Shown here: one piece after another, positions 18,922-31,120 of the stretch
How the letters are laid out: the number at the start of each line of letters is the position of its first letter
Numbering within the stretch: position 1 is the stretch's first letter
Assembly: GCA_963702845.1 (NCBI GenBank)
Contig: OY969763.1
Coordinates: forward strand, 4,000,001 to 4,064,000
Source of the DNA: an uncultured Verrucomicrobiae bacterium
GTDB taxonomy: Bacteria; Verrucomicrobiota; Verrucomicrobiia; Limisphaerales; Palsa-1400
DNA: 64,000 nucleotides
Direction of reading: 5' to 3'
Translations under genes and position numbers: made by a program
The notes under the pieces: generated by a model
What the model saw: the letters and a program-made list of their open reading frames with translations, nothing else
What the model was told of the DNA's origin: nothing
The model's database searches: none

Positions 18922-20178
18922 ATGAAGCACTTTTTCAAAAAACTTTTCGTTATCGCTATCCTGGCAGCGATCGGCGCCAGCGTGTGGTGGTGGCTATCGA
19001 ATGACGGCCCCAAACTGTCATTCACCACCGTTCCGTTAAAGCGCGGCGACGTTGCCGCCACCATTGGCGCGACCGGCACCCTCGAACCCATCGAGGTCAT
19101 CGATGTCGGCGCGCAAGTCGCCGGCCGCGTCAGCGCGTTCGGCAAGGACAAAAGCGACAAGATCGTCGACTACGGTTCCCTGGTGGAACAAGGCGCGTTG
19201 CTCGCCAAAATTGACGATTCGGTTTATTCCGCCGACCTCTCTGTTGCCAAAGCCGGCGAACTCAGCGCCGCCGCCAACCTTGAGCAAATGCAAGCCAAGC
19301 TCGATCAAACCGAAGCCGAGTGGAACCGCGCTCAGGAGCTATTCAAAAACAAACTCAATTCGCACGTCGACTATGATACGGCAAAGGCCAATTACGAAGT
19401 CGCCAAGGCGAATGTCTCCGTTGCCAAATCCGGAATCGCCCAGGCAAAAGCAGATTTAGAGAAAGCCCAACGCAATCTCGATTTCTGCACCATCAACTCG
19501 CCCGTCACTGGCGTCATTATTGATCGCCGCGTCAACGTCGGCCAAACTGTCGTCGCGAGCCTCAACGCCCCCAGCCTTTTCCTCATCGCACGCGACCTGA
19601 CCCAACTTCAAATCTGGGCCTCGGTCAACGAAGCCGATGTCGGCAAAATCAAACCCGGCCTGCCGATCACTTTCACCGTCGATGCCTTCGCCGGCCACGA
19701 ATTTCACGGCTCCGTAGGCAAAGTCCGCCTGAACGCGACGATGACCCAAAACGTCGTGCTCTACACGGTTGAAATCGCCGTGGACAACAGCGACAAAATC
19801 CTCCTGCCCTACCTCACCGCCAATGTGCGCTTTGTTCTCAATCACGAAGCTAATGCCTTGCTCGTGCCTAACGCCGCCTTGCGCTTCTCGCCTTCATCAA
19901 TGACCCAGACTGACCACAAATCGCACAGGAACCTCAGCGAGGCCCGTGCCGAATCCCCGGAAAGCAGCTCGCAAAAAAAATCTACTCACACGATCTGGAT
20001 TAAGAGTGCCGACGCAATTACCTCCGTTGAAGTGACCACCGGAATTTCCGACGGTGCAAATACCGCCGTGACCGGCGAAGGCCTGCACGAAGGCGATGAA
20101 GTAATTACTGGCGAAGTTGCTGCCGCTAAAAACGACGTCAAAAACCCCTTTCTGCCGGCAAAATCATTCCGTCATTAA
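18922..20178 (+). CDS. MacA-like membrane fusion (periplasmic adaptor) protein
   Basis: N-terminal TM, ATGTLEP..VGAQVAG, coiled coil, I.SPV.GVII.R, VNEADVG. Confidence 0.9.
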   Translation: MKHFFKKLFVIAILAAIGASVWWWLSNDGPKLSFTTVPLKRGDVAATIGATGTLEPIEVIDVGAQVAGRVSAFGKDKSDKIVDYGSLVEQGALLAKIDDSVYSADLSVAKAGELSAAANLEQMQAKLDQTEAEWNRAQELFKNKLNSHVDYDTAKANYEVAKANVSVAKSGIAQAKADLEKAQRNLDFCTINSPVTGVIIDRRVNVGQTVVASLNAPSLFLIARDLTQLQIWASVNEADVGKIKPGLPITFTVDAFAGHEFHGSVGKVRLNATMTQNVVLYTVEIAVDNSDKILLPYLTANVRFVLNHEANALLVPNAALRFSPSSMTQTDHKSHRNLSEARAESPESSSQKKSTHTIWIKSADAITSVEVTTGISDGANTAVTGEGLHEGDEVITGEVAAAKNDVKNPFLPAKSFRH

Positions 20179-20184
20179 CTGCAC

Positions 20185-22311
20185 ATGGAACTCATCCGGC
20201 TGGAAAATCTTTGCAAAAATTACTACCGCGGCGATTTGGAAATCCCCGTTCTCCGCGGCCTCTCGCTCACTATCCAACGCGGCGAACTCGTGGCCCTGGT
20301 TGGTTCCAGCGGTTCCGGCAAAAGCACCTTGATGAATATTCTCGGCTGCCTCGACCGCCCCACATCCGGCAGCTACAAACTGAATGACATAGAAATTTCC
20401 TCACTCTCGCTCGACGAACGCGCCAACTTGCGCAACGCCAAAATCGGTTTCGTTTTCCAGAATTTCAATCTGCTCCCGCGCACCAGCGCCCTCAATAATG
20501 TCCGCATGCCGTTGGATTATTCACCCGCGCATCCGTCCGACACCGATAGTCGCGCGCACGCCACACGCATGCTCGGAATCGTCGGCCTTGCCGACCGCAT
20601 GGACCATGAACCTGCTGCCCTTTCCGGAGGCCAACAACAACGTGTCGCCATCGCGCGCTCGCTAATCAATCGCCCCGAACTGCTGCTCGCCGACGAACCC
20701 ACCGGCAATCTCGATTCTCAAACAGCCGAAGAAGTCTTGCGAATGTTGCAGCGCCTCAACGAAGAAGAAGGCCTCACCGTCATCATCGTCACGCATGACG
20801 AAGCCGTCGCCCGCCACGTCAAACGCATCATCCGCGTAAAAGACGGCGTAATCGTCGAGGAAGGCGAACCCGCGACAAATCCGGCCGCAGCCAAACCGGC
20901 AACATTGCCGCCGCCTCCGCACGCGGCCACGTTCGGCGTTTTCAGCCGATTCAAACAAGCCGCTCGTACTGCGCGGATGGCGTTCGGCGCTTTGCGTCGC
21001 AACATCATGCGCTCAGCCCTGACCTGTATTGGGATCATCATCGGCGTCGCCGCCGTGATCGCTATGATGGAAATCGGCGGCGGTTCCTCACACGCTATCC
21101 AACAAGCCATCTCCAGCCTCGGCGCAAGCGTCATTCAAATCGATTCAACCGACGTCTCCGTCGGCGGCGTCAGCACCGGGCGCGGCGGCAGTATGGACAT
21201 CACCATTGACGACGCTGAAGCGCTCCGCCGCGAATGCAGCGCGCTGCTAGCCGTCGCGCCCAGCGCCGATTCCTGGGGTCAGGTCATTTCCGGAAACAAG
21301 AACTGGCGGCCGAGCCGCATCCTCGGTTCCACGCCCGACTATCTCGATGTCCGCAACTGGCCGGTCGTCGAAGGCGAACCCTTCACCATGGATGACGTCC
21401 ACAGTTCCGCTGCCGTTTGTCTCATTGGTCAAACGGTTGCCGAAAAACTTTTTGGCAACGAATCGCCCGTTGGCAAAGAAGTCCGCCTGCGCGGCGTCGC
21501 TATGAAAGTCGTCGGCCTCCTGAGCCACAAAGGCGCCAACGTTATGGGCTCAGATCAGGACGACTTCCTACTCGCTCCGCTCACCACGATCAAATACCGG
21601 GTCATGGGCGTGCGTCAGGCCACCCAATCCACCGCGTCAGCCGCGGCAACCGCCTTTAGCCCGAGCCAAACCTACATCGGCCAACAACCGCCGCTTTATC
21701 CGCCGCAATCTGCCACTCAGGCTGCGAACAATCCCCAGACCACCCGTTTCGCCGACCTCGATGACATTTGGGTCGCTGCTGGTTCACCCGAAAACATCCC
21801 GCTCGCCATCAAACAAATCACCGCCGTTTTCCACGACCGTCATCACATCCAACCGGGCCACCCTGACGACTTCCGCATTCGCGACTGGACCGAAATGTCC
21901 CAGACCTTCGCTTCCACCAGCCGCGTCATGACCAACCTCCTGCTTATCGTCGCACTGATTTCACTGATCGTCGGCGGCGTCGGCATCATGAACATTATGC
22001 TCGTGAGCGTCACCGAACGAACTCGCGAAATCGGCATCCGCATGGCCGTCGGCGCAAGAGCGCGCGACATCCTCCGCCAATTCCTCATCGAAGCACTGGC
22101 GTTGTGTTTAGTCGGAGGCTTTGCCGGAATCGTTTTAGGTCGCACCATCTCCATCATCGTCACCCGAATTCTGCATTGGGCAACGATGACCTCAGTTCCG
22201 GCGATCATCGCTGCCGTCGCCGTCTCCGCAACCGTCGGCATCATCTTCGGCTACTACCCCGCCTGGAAAGCCTCTCGCCTCGATCCTATCCAGGCTCTGC
22301 GCTACGAGTAG
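20185..22311 (+). CDS. macB: MacB-like fused ABC ATPase-permease
   Basis: [33 protein letters not shown], then [28 protein letters not shown]. Confidence 0.88.
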   Translation: MELIRLENLCKNYYRGDLEIPVLRGLSLTIQRGELVALVGSSGSGKSTLMNILGCLDRPTSGSYKLNDIEISSLSLDERANLRNAKIGFVFQNFNLLPRTSALNNVRMPLDYSPAHPSDTDSRAHATRMLGIVGLADRMDHEPAALSGGQQQRVAIARSLINRPELLLADEPTGNLDSQTAEEVLRMLQRLNEEEGLTVIIVTHDEAVARHVKRIIRVKDGVIVEEGEPATNPAAAKPATLPPPPHAATFGVFSRFKQAARTARMAFGALRRNIMRSALTCIGIIIGVAAVIAMMEIGGGSSHAIQQAISSLGASVIQIDSTDVSVGGVSTGRGGSMDITIDDAEALRRECSALLAVAPSADSWGQVISGNKNWRPSRILGSTPDYLDVRNWPVVEGEPFTMDDVHSSAAVCLIGQTVAEKLFGNESPVGKEVRLRGVAMKVVGLLSHKGANVMGSDQDDFLLAPLTTIKYRVMGVRQATQSTASAAATAFSPSQTYIGQQPPLYPPQSATQAANNPQTTRFADLDDIWVAAGSPENIPLAIKQITAVFHDRHHIQPGHPDDFRIRDWTEMSQTFASTSRVMTNLLLIVALISLIVGGVGIMNIMLVSVTERTREIGIRMAVGARARDILRQFLIEALALCLVGGFAGIVLGRTISIIVTRILHWATMTSVPAIIAAVAVSATVGIIFGYYPAWKASRLDPIQALRYE

Positions 22312-22452
22312 TTATCGTCCGATATCTCAGGTAATCGACCGGGCTGATGAAGCTACGCTATCGTAACTTTCGATCTGGCCAGAGCGTCCTATTAGCTTGT
22401 AGCAAAGCTCAACATCTGATACGCTTGACCGAGCAAAAAATACGAGGTGGCT

Positions 22453-23859
22453 ATGTTTGATAACTGCGATAATTGCGATCACGTTCCGATCTATACACGC
22501 CGCGATTTCCTGAGCCGCCTCGGCATGGGTTTTGGCGCGCTCGGACTCGCCAGCTTGCTCCATGAAGATTTCGTGGGCACTGCCAATGCCGCTCCGCTCC
22601 TGTCGCCACTCGCGCCGAAAAACCCGCAATTCCCGACGAAAGCCAAACGCGTCATCCACATCTTTGCCTCCGGCGCACCGTCCCAAGTCGATACCTGGGA
22701 CCCGAAGCCGATGCTCACACAATACGATGGCAAATCCATCGGCGGTCGTGGCGTCGCCATGGCTTCACCATTTAAATTTCAGCCGCACGGAAAGTCCGGC
22801 ACACCCGTCAGTGAAGTGTTTCCGAACCTCGCCAATCACGTCGACGACATGGCGATCATTCGCTCGATGCACACCGATATTCCGGCACACGAAATCGCGA
22901 CCGTCATGATGAACACCGGTTCGCGCCAACTCGCGCGGCCCTGCCTCGGTTCGTGGGCCGTTTACGGGCTTGGCAGCGAAAACCAGAACATGCCCGGTTT
23001 CATTTCCCTCCGCGCCGGCGGCGGCTTGCCTCCCGGCGGCACGCAAAACTGGGGTTCTGCATTCCTACCCGGCGTTTATCAAGGCACCAGCATCAACACC
23101 TCCGCCGGTTCCGTGACGGACATGATCCAAAACATCCGCAACCCCTATATCTCCGAGGAAGAACAACGCCGCCAACTCGATCTCATCCATCAGCTAAACG
23201 AACTGCACGCGCAAAACCTGCAAAAAGACGCGCAACTCGAAGCTCGCATTGAAGCTTACGAAATCGCCTTCAAAATGCAGTCCGCCGCATCCGACGCTTT
23301 CGATTACCGCAAAGAACCGCAAAATGTTCGCGACAGTTACGGAGACAGCGGCCAGGGCCGACAAATGCTCATTGCCCGGCGCTTGCTGGAACGCGGCGTC
23401 CGTTTCGTCCAGGTCTGGGCCGGCGGTTGGGATCATCATCAGGATATCGAAACCCGCTTGCCCGAACGGGCCCGCGAAATCGACAAACCACTTTCAGCCT
23501 TCATCGCCGACCTCAAACGCCTCGGCATGCTCGACAGCACGCTTGTTGTTTGGGGCGGCGAATTCGGTCGGCAACCCACGCGCGACCGCAACGGCAACGC
23601 CAACCCGGGCCGCGACCACAACGCAAAAGCGTTCAGCGTCCTGCTCGCGGGCGGTGGTGTGAAAGGCGGGACCGTTTGGGGCGCAACCGACGATTTCGGC
23701 GCTCAAGCCGTCGACAAACCCGTCCACGTCCACGACCTCCACGCGACCATTTTGCAACTGCTCGGTTTCGACCACACGCGCCTGACCTACCGCTACAACG
23801 GTCGCGATTTCCGCCTAACCGAAACCTACGGCAACATCGTCAAAGGCATCATCGCTTAG
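22453..23859 (+). CDS. DUF1501 domain protein with Tat-like signal
   Basis: TRRDFL, AKRVIHIF..GAPSQVDTWDPKP, ARRLLERGVRFVQ, GEFGR, GRDH, VHDLHATIL. Confidence 0.9.
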   Translation: MFDNCDNCDHVPIYTRRDFLSRLGMGFGALGLASLLHEDFVGTANAAPLLSPLAPKNPQFPTKAKRVIHIFASGAPSQVDTWDPKPMLTQYDGKSIGGRGVAMASPFKFQPHGKSGTPVSEVFPNLANHVDDMAIIRSMHTDIPAHEIATVMMNTGSRQLARPCLGSWAVYGLGSENQNMPGFISLRAGGGLPPGGTQNWGSAFLPGVYQGTSINTSAGSVTDMIQNIRNPYISEEEQRRQLDLIHQLNELHAQNLQKDAQLEARIEAYEIAFKMQSAASDAFDYRKEPQNVRDSYGDSGQGRQMLIARRLLERGVRFVQVWAGGWDHHQDIETRLPERAREIDKPLSAFIADLKRLGMLDSTLVVWGGEFGRQPTRDRNGNANPGRDHNAKAFSVLLAGGGVKGGTVWGATDDFGAQAVDKPVHVHDLHATILQLLGFDHTRLTYRYNGRDFRLTETYGNIVKGIIA

Positions 23860-24037
23860 CGGTCCAACTCATCGGCCTACTGACTCACCCTGACTCACCC
23901 ACTCACGCCCCCTGTTTTTGGGTCTCGGTCGTCCCTCATTCCACCGTTTGCCCTGAGTTGACGCTAGGCGTATCTTCCCATACCGTCCACAGACGCCAAA
24001 ATGGCACTACCCGCCCATGTACGGAGGCGCGGATTAT

Positions 24038-27000
24038 ATGATCGGATTTATAGTAAAAAAAATCATCGGTTCGAGAAACGAACGCGAAGTCAAAAAAATG
24101 CGACCCATCGTCGCTAAGATCAACGAGATCGAACAATCGTTGCAATCTCAGCCCGAGGACGCCCTGCGCCAGAAAACCACAGCGTGGAAGGCCGAACTCG
24201 CGCAGATCAAAGACAATGAACAGCTTGCCCGTCGGCTTAATGAAATCTTGCCCGAGGCGTACGCCGTCGTAAAAAACGCCTGCCGCCGCCTGTGCGGTTC
24301 CGAGATCATCGTGCGCGAGCATCCGCTCAAATGGGAAATGGTCCCGTTCGATGTCCAGCTCGTGGGAGGCATGTCCTTGCACAACGGCAAAATTGCCGAA
24401 ATGGCCACCGGTGAAGGCAAAACCCTCGTCGGCACCCTCCCCGTTTATCTCAATGCCTTGACTGGTCGCGGCGTCCACGTCGTCACCGTCAACGACTACC
24501 TCGCCGCCCGTGACTCCGAATGGATGGGCGCGGTTTATAAATTTCTTGGCCTGACCGTCGGTTGTATTTTGCACGATCAAGACCCTGAAGTTCGTCGCGA
24601 ACAATACAATTGCGACATCACTTACGGAACCAATGCCGAATTCGGTTTCGATTATCTCCGCGACAACGGCATGGCTAGCCGCAAGGAACTCCAGGTCCAA
24701 CGTGGCCATTATTTTGCGATCGTCGACGAAGTGGACTCCATCCTCATCGACGAAGCCCGTACTCCACTCATCATCAGCGGTCCGTCTGTCGTTGCCGCAT
24801 CGGAAAACGAATACGACCCGTTCAAGCCGATGGTCGAGGGCCTCGTCCGCGCTCAAGTCCGCCTTTGTGACGAATATCTCGAAGAAGCCAAAAAGCTGAT
24901 CAAGAAGCTGCATCCCGAAGACGGCTCCAATCCGAAGAATCCGGAGCTGCTCGAAAAAGAAATCGGCCTCCTACTTTATCGCGTTAAAGTCGGCAATCCG
25001 CGTTCCGAGAACCTGATGAAGGTTCTCGAAGAGGCCGAGAACTTGCGCTTCATGAACAAGGCCGAGCTGGAGCTTCACGCCGACCAGAGTAAAAAAGATC
25101 TCTACGCGCAAAAAGAAGAACTCTTTTTCGCCATCGATGAAAAGAGCCACGATGCCGATCTGACCGAAAAAGGCCGCGCCCACCTTCGCCCGAAAGATCC
25201 GGACGCGTTCATGATGCCGGACCTCACGACAAAGTTTCACGAAATCGATTCCGGGCCCGAAGCCGACCCGCGCAAGCGCATGGAACTCAAATCCAAAGCG
25301 CAAGCCGAGTTCGAGCAAAAGGCGATGCAGATCCACACCATCTCGCAATTGCTCAAGGCCTACAGCCTTTATCAAATCGACGTCCATTACGTCATCGAAA
25401 ATGGCAAAGTGGTCATCGTCGACGAACACACCGGCCGTCCTATGTATGGCCGCCGCTGGAGCGATGGGTTGCACCAGGCCGTCGAAGCCAAGGAAGGCGT
25501 CGCCGTCGAACGCGAGACCCAAACTCTCGCCACGATCACGATTCAGAATTATTTCCGTCTTTACCTGAAGCTGGCCGGTATGACCGGCACCGCCGAAACG
25601 GAAGCCGGCGAATTTTTCGATATTTATAAACTCGGCGTCCTCGTCATCCCGACGAACCGCCCTGTCGCGCGCAAAGACAAGAACGATTCCGTTTACAAAA
25701 CGCGCCGCGAAAAATTCAACGCGGTGATGAAAGAAATCACCGAGATTCACAATCAGGGCCGCCCCATTCTCGTCGGCACTGTCTCCGTCGAAACCAGCGA
25801 ACAGGTTTCGCGCATGTTGAAGAAAATCGGGATCATTCATTCCGTCCTCAACGCCAAATATCACCAGCAGGAAGCCGAAATCGTCGCGCGCGCCGGTCAA
25901 CGCGGCGGCGTCACCATCGCCACCAACATGGCAGGTCGCGGCACGGACATTAAACTCGGTCCCGGCGTGGCCGATCTCGGCGGCTTGCACGTCATCGGCA
26001 CTGAACGCCACGAATCGCGCCGCATCGACCGCCAGCTCCGCGGACGTTGCGCGCGTCAGGGCGACCCTGGTTCATCGCACTTTTTCATCAGCCTCGAAGA
26101 CGATCTCATGCGTTTATTCGGCTCCGACCGAATCGTCAAATACATGGAACGCATGGGCCTCGAAGAAGGCCAGGAGCTCGAAGCTGGTTTGCTCAATCGC
26201 TCCATCGAACAAGCGCAAAAGCGCGTCGAGCAACACAACTTCCAGATCCGCAAACGCACGCTCGAATATGATGACGTGATGAACAAACAGCGCGAAGTCA
26301 TCTACGGCTTCCGCAATGAAGTCATTCACTCCGACGACGTTCGCGATCGCTTGATGGACATCATGGAAGAAGTGGTCATCGTGAAGGTCACGAACATGAC
26401 CAGCGCCGAGGAGCCCTCGACATGGAACATCCGTGCGCTCAACGACTGGGTCACGCTCAACTTCCCGTTGCCCATCACCGAAGACGACCTCCGCAAAGCC
26501 GCCGATTCCGGCAGAGACATTCCCGTTGAAGGTTCCGCCTTCGACGGCATGAGCCCCGCGCAATTCGCCGTGTGCCAGTTCGTCGTCAAACAAGTCCGCG
26601 ACGCCTACGATCTAAAGGTCAGCTTCGAAAATCCGGACCATCTCAAGACCATCGAACGTTTCACCATCCTGAGCGCCATCGACGAACTCTGGCAGGAACA
26701 CCTTTACAGCATGGACAGCTTGCGCAGCAGCATTGGACTGCGCGCCTACGGCCAACGCGATCCGCTCGTCGAATACAAAGCCGAAGCATTCACCATTTTC
26801 GAGGAGTTGATGACCAACGTCAAATCGCGCATCTGTCACAACATCTTCCGTAGTGCGTCGAGCCAGATGGCGTTCGAGAACTTTTTCAACAACCTGCCAA
26901 AGCGCACCGAGCATCAATCGGTCAGCACCTTCGGTGGACCTCCTCCGTCAAACGCCGCTCCTGCCGAAAGAAGCGCCAGCGACATCGTCACGGAAGCGAC

Positions 27001-27110
27001 CGAAGCTTTTGCGAAAGCCAAACCGGCACGTCACCGGCCCGAAAGTTGGCCGCAACGACCCCTGCCCCTGCGGTAGCGGCAAGAAATACAAGCAGTGCTG
27101 CGGTAGATAA
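24038..27110 (+). CDS. secA: Preprotein translocase subunit SecA; frameshift near 27030 puts the SEC-C motif in another frame
   Basis: [67 protein letters not shown] ends at 27110 in an alternate frame. Confidence 0.97.
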
Positions 27111-27196
27111 TTCAGCTAGGGCGCGTCGCTCCGCGCGCGCCTTTTCCGAATTTTATTGCAACAAATACGAGCCCTTGCATACTGGACACATAGCCC

Positions 27197-28381
27197 GTGT
27201 CCGTATTCGTTAAGCCCTATTTTGGGATTGCTGTTGCCGGTGTTTCGAAGTCTGTATTCGCGAAAGTTGCTTTTTGCTGTACGCTCCTGCTCGTTTTCTG
27301 CGACGCAACTTTCGCGGGCAAGACCGAATGGGCCTTCGTCGCCTCGCCTACTCGCGGAATTTATTCCTACAAGTTTGATGTCGGTACAGCCGAAGTCCTC
27401 GAAGCCGGCCGTGCCGCCGACTTCCCACATGCCACTTTCCTCGCACTACATCCTAACGGCAAATACATCTATGCCGTCGTCGAAGGCAGCACCTGCCGCG
27501 ACAGTTTCGTCGCCGCATTCTCAATCGATAACGAAACCGGCAAGCTCCAACTTTTGAACCAAGTCCCCTCCGGCGGCCGAGGCCCCTGCCACATCTGCGT
27601 CGACCCGAGCGGTGAGACGGTGATGGTGGCCAATTACAACAGCGGCAGCCTCGCAGCCTTCCCGATCCAAAAGAATGGCGCGGTCGGAGTGATGTCCGCG
27701 CTGATTCAGGACAAAGGTTCCAGCATCAATCCAAAGCGTCAGGAAGGCCCGCACGCCCACTGCGTCATTTGCGGCCCCAAAAGCCACTGGGCGCTGGCCT
27801 GCGACCTCGGATTGGACAAAGTGATGGTGTTCCGTGTCAATCCGTCCGACGCCACGATTGTCATTGCCAACAAGCCGCCTTCGATGTCCGTGAAACCGGG
27901 CGCGGGCCCGCGCCACATCGCATTGCATCCGAACAACAAGTTCGCTTACGTCATCAATGAACTTGATTCGACGTTGACAGCATTTTCATGGAATGCAGAA
28001 GATGGAACGGATTGAAAGAACTCCAAACCATCTCCACTTTACCAACAGGTTTCAAAGGCCAGAACTTTCCTGCCGAAGATCACGGTCCATCCAAACGGCA
28101 AATTTATCTTTGGTTCAAACCGCGGTCACGACAGCATTGTCGTTTACAAAGTGGATGATAAAACTGGAACTGTAACTCTGGTTGGCCACCATTCGTGCGG
28201 CGGCCATTGGCCACGCCACTTCGAAATTGATACAACGGGGAAGTTATTGCTGGTGGCAAATGAACAGTCGGAAGGAACCTCAATTTTCCGAATCAATACC
28301 GACACAGGAAGTTTGACGCCGACCGGAACGACGCTCGCGCTGGAACGTGCGATGTGTGTCAAGTGCATCGAAGCCAAGTAG
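27197..28381 (+). CDS. Lactonase family (6-phosphogluconolactonase Pgl/YbhE-like) beta-propeller, frameshifted ~28010-28080
   Basis: GPCHI, VANYNSGS, RQEGPHAH, CDLGLD, GAGPRH, INELDS, later SNRGHD and WPRHF in other frames. Confidence 0.85.
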
Positions 28382-28404
28382 CACGGGCGCGCGCCGTTTC
28401 ACTT

Positions 28405-30969
28405 TTAGCCGAACAAATCCATCTGCGGCGGCGGGCCCAGCTTTTTCAACGCCTCTACCTCACGTCGCGGACGATGCTGCCGCACTTTGCCTTCTGGCGT
28501 GAGTTCGGAGTCTTCGAGATTACGTAAAATTTCTTTGGCGCGTTCGACCACCGTTTTTGGAACTCCCGCTAGTCTTGCCACTTGAATGCCGTAGCTTTTA
28601 TCAGTTGCGCCTTCCACAATTTTGCGCAGGAACACGATCTGATCATTCCATTCGCGCACGGCCACGTTGTAGTTCTTCACCCGCGGCAGTCGTCCGGCGA
28701 GTTCAACTAATTCGTGATAGTGCGTGGCAAAGAGGGTTTTGGCGCCGACAACGTTGTGCAGGTGTTCGACGATGGACCACGCCAGACTCAAGCCGTCGAA
28801 CGTGCTCGTGCCGCGACCAATTTCATCAAGGATGACGAGGCTGCGAGTCGTCGCGTTGTTGAGGATGTTCGCCGTTTCGCTCATCTCGACCATGAAGGTT
28901 GATTGGCCGCGCGCGAGATCGTCGCTCGCGCCAATGCGAGTGAAAATGCGATCGACCAGATCGATCCGCGCCGAACTGGCCGGAATGAACGAGCCCGTGT
29001 GTGCCAGCAACGCGAGCAGTGCGACCTGCCGGATGAACGTGCTTTTACCTGCCATGTTCGGGCCGGTGATGAGGACTAATTGCTGCGCGGCGTTGCTGAG
29101 ATCGGCGTCGTTCGGAACGAACCGTTCTTCGTTGAGAGACTGTTCCAGAACCGGATGCCGGCCTTCGCGAATTTCAATGACGCCCTCGTCGCGCATTTCC
29201 GGGCGGCAATAGCTGTAGAGGCGCGCGATCTCGGCGAAACCGGCGAGCACATCGAGTTGGGCGAGGGCGGCGGCGGTTTGCTGCAGGCGCGGGAGTTGTT
29301 CGAGCACCTGTTCGCGGACGCGTTGGAAGAGTTCGTACTCTAACTTTTCGCTGCGTTCTTCCGCGCCGAGGATTTTGCCTTCCATCTCTTTCAACTCCGG
29401 CGTGATGAAGCGCTCACCGTTGGCGATCGTTTGTTTGCGGATGTAATGCGCGGGGACTTTGTCGAGATTGGATTTGGTAACTTCGATGTAATAACCGAAT
29501 ACCGAATTAAACCGCACTTTCAGCGAAGTGATTCCTGTTCGTGTGATCTCGTCCTGTTGAAGTTTGGCGATCCAATCTTTACCGTCACGCGAACCTTGCG
29601 GAGTTCGTCGAGATTAGGATCGAAACCGTCGCGAATGATGCCGCCTTCTTTCAGCGCGAGCGGCGGTTCGTCGACGATGGCGCGGGAAATCAATTCAACG
29701 AGATCGGGGGCTTCGGCTAGTTCGTTCCCAAGTTGTTCGAGCAAGATTGGCGGACGGTTTCCGGCGGCGGTTGAGGGATGGGCAGTTCACGTAAAGTGCT
29801 CGGCTCGGAGGCGGCCACGGTCCGGAGAATCCGTTTCAGGTTGGGAATTTTTTCCAAGTGCAAGACGAAGTCCGTTTAGATCACGCCCGTTTCCGGAGCC
29901 GACGCTTAAGCGGCCAATCGTCCGTTCAAGATCGCGAACTTCGGCTAGCTCGACTGCGGAAATCGTCCAGGGAGTTGGATGTTTCGAGCCAGCGTTGTAC
30001 CGCGTCTTGTCGTTGGCGGATGGGTTCGACGGCAGCGAGGGGTTGGCTCAGCCAATCACGCAATCGCCTCGCGCCCATCGGCGTGACGGTCTTGTGCAGC
30101 GCGCCGAACAAGCACGATGTCCTCGGGGCGTCCGAATGGCGCGGCTCGAGAATTTCGAGGTTGCGCAGCGAAATTGAATCGAGGGCAAGAAAATCGCGCG
30201 ATTGATAAAACGACAGCCGGCTCAGCGCAGAAACGTCGCGACGCAGGTGCTGCGTCAAATAGTGCAATACGGCTCCGACCGCGCCGATGGCGGCGGTTTT
30301 GTCTTTGAGACCAAAGCCGTCCAGCGTCGAGACTTTAAAATGTTCGCGCACGGTGAAGATCGCGGTTTCGGGCGCGAACACCCAATCTTCGTAGGGATTG
30401 CAGATCGAGAAATTATTTTCGAGCAGTGGACCAAGCGATGTTGCGCCGGTCGGATAGACAACTTCTGCCGGGCGCAAGCGTTCGAGTTCGGTGCTTAACG
30501 CTGCGTCGCCATCCAATTCGGTCGTTTTGAACTCGCCGGTCGTCATATCGACGCAGGCCAATCCGTAGGTACTGCCAATCGGACACAATGCTGCGAGAAA
30601 ATTATTTCGTTCTGGAGCGAGGAGCCGTTCGTCGAAATGGGTTCCCGGACTGAGAATCTGAGTGACGTCGCGTTTAACGAGTTGGCCGGGTTTGGCTTCT
30701 TCCAACTGTTCGCAAATCGCCACTTTGCGACCGGCCTTGAGCAGGCGCGCGATGTAGCCGTTGGCGGCGTGGAACGGAATACCGCACATCGGGACGACGC
30801 CGCGTTTGGTCAGGGCAACGTTGAGGAGTTGCGAGCCCGTTTGAGCATCTTCGAAAAACATTTCGTAGAAATCGCCCAGCCGAAACAGGAGCAACGCTTC
30901 ACGCGGCAGTTCGCTTTTAATTCGGCGATACTGCGCCATCATTGGTGATAATTGAGCGTCGCTACCCAC
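28405..30969 (-). CDS. mutS: DNA mismatch repair protein MutS, split by several frameshifts between ~29590 and ~29950
   Basis: N-terminal [24 protein letters not shown]-terminal [38 protein letters not shown]. Confidence 0.95.
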
Positions 30970-31120
30970 GCCGTAATTAAAAATTAACCCGGTGGAATTA
31001 AGAAGGAAAAACGGTGTTTAACGGCAAAGGGTGCAAACATAGCCAGCGAAGCGCCCAGAGTGACGCGACCAACCTCAATTCTTAATTGAGGTCTCGCCGT
31101 TCCCCCCTTACCTTCGGTCA

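Noticed and set aside
27000..27110. Programmed ribosomal frameshift producing SecA with or without the SEC-C domain
   Set aside because: No slippery heptamer at the shift and neighbouring genes carry similar indels, so sequencing error is more parsimonious.
28405..30969. mutS as a true pseudogene
   Set aside because: All motifs are intact and the breaks are simple indels within an error-dense patch; cannot be called without reads.
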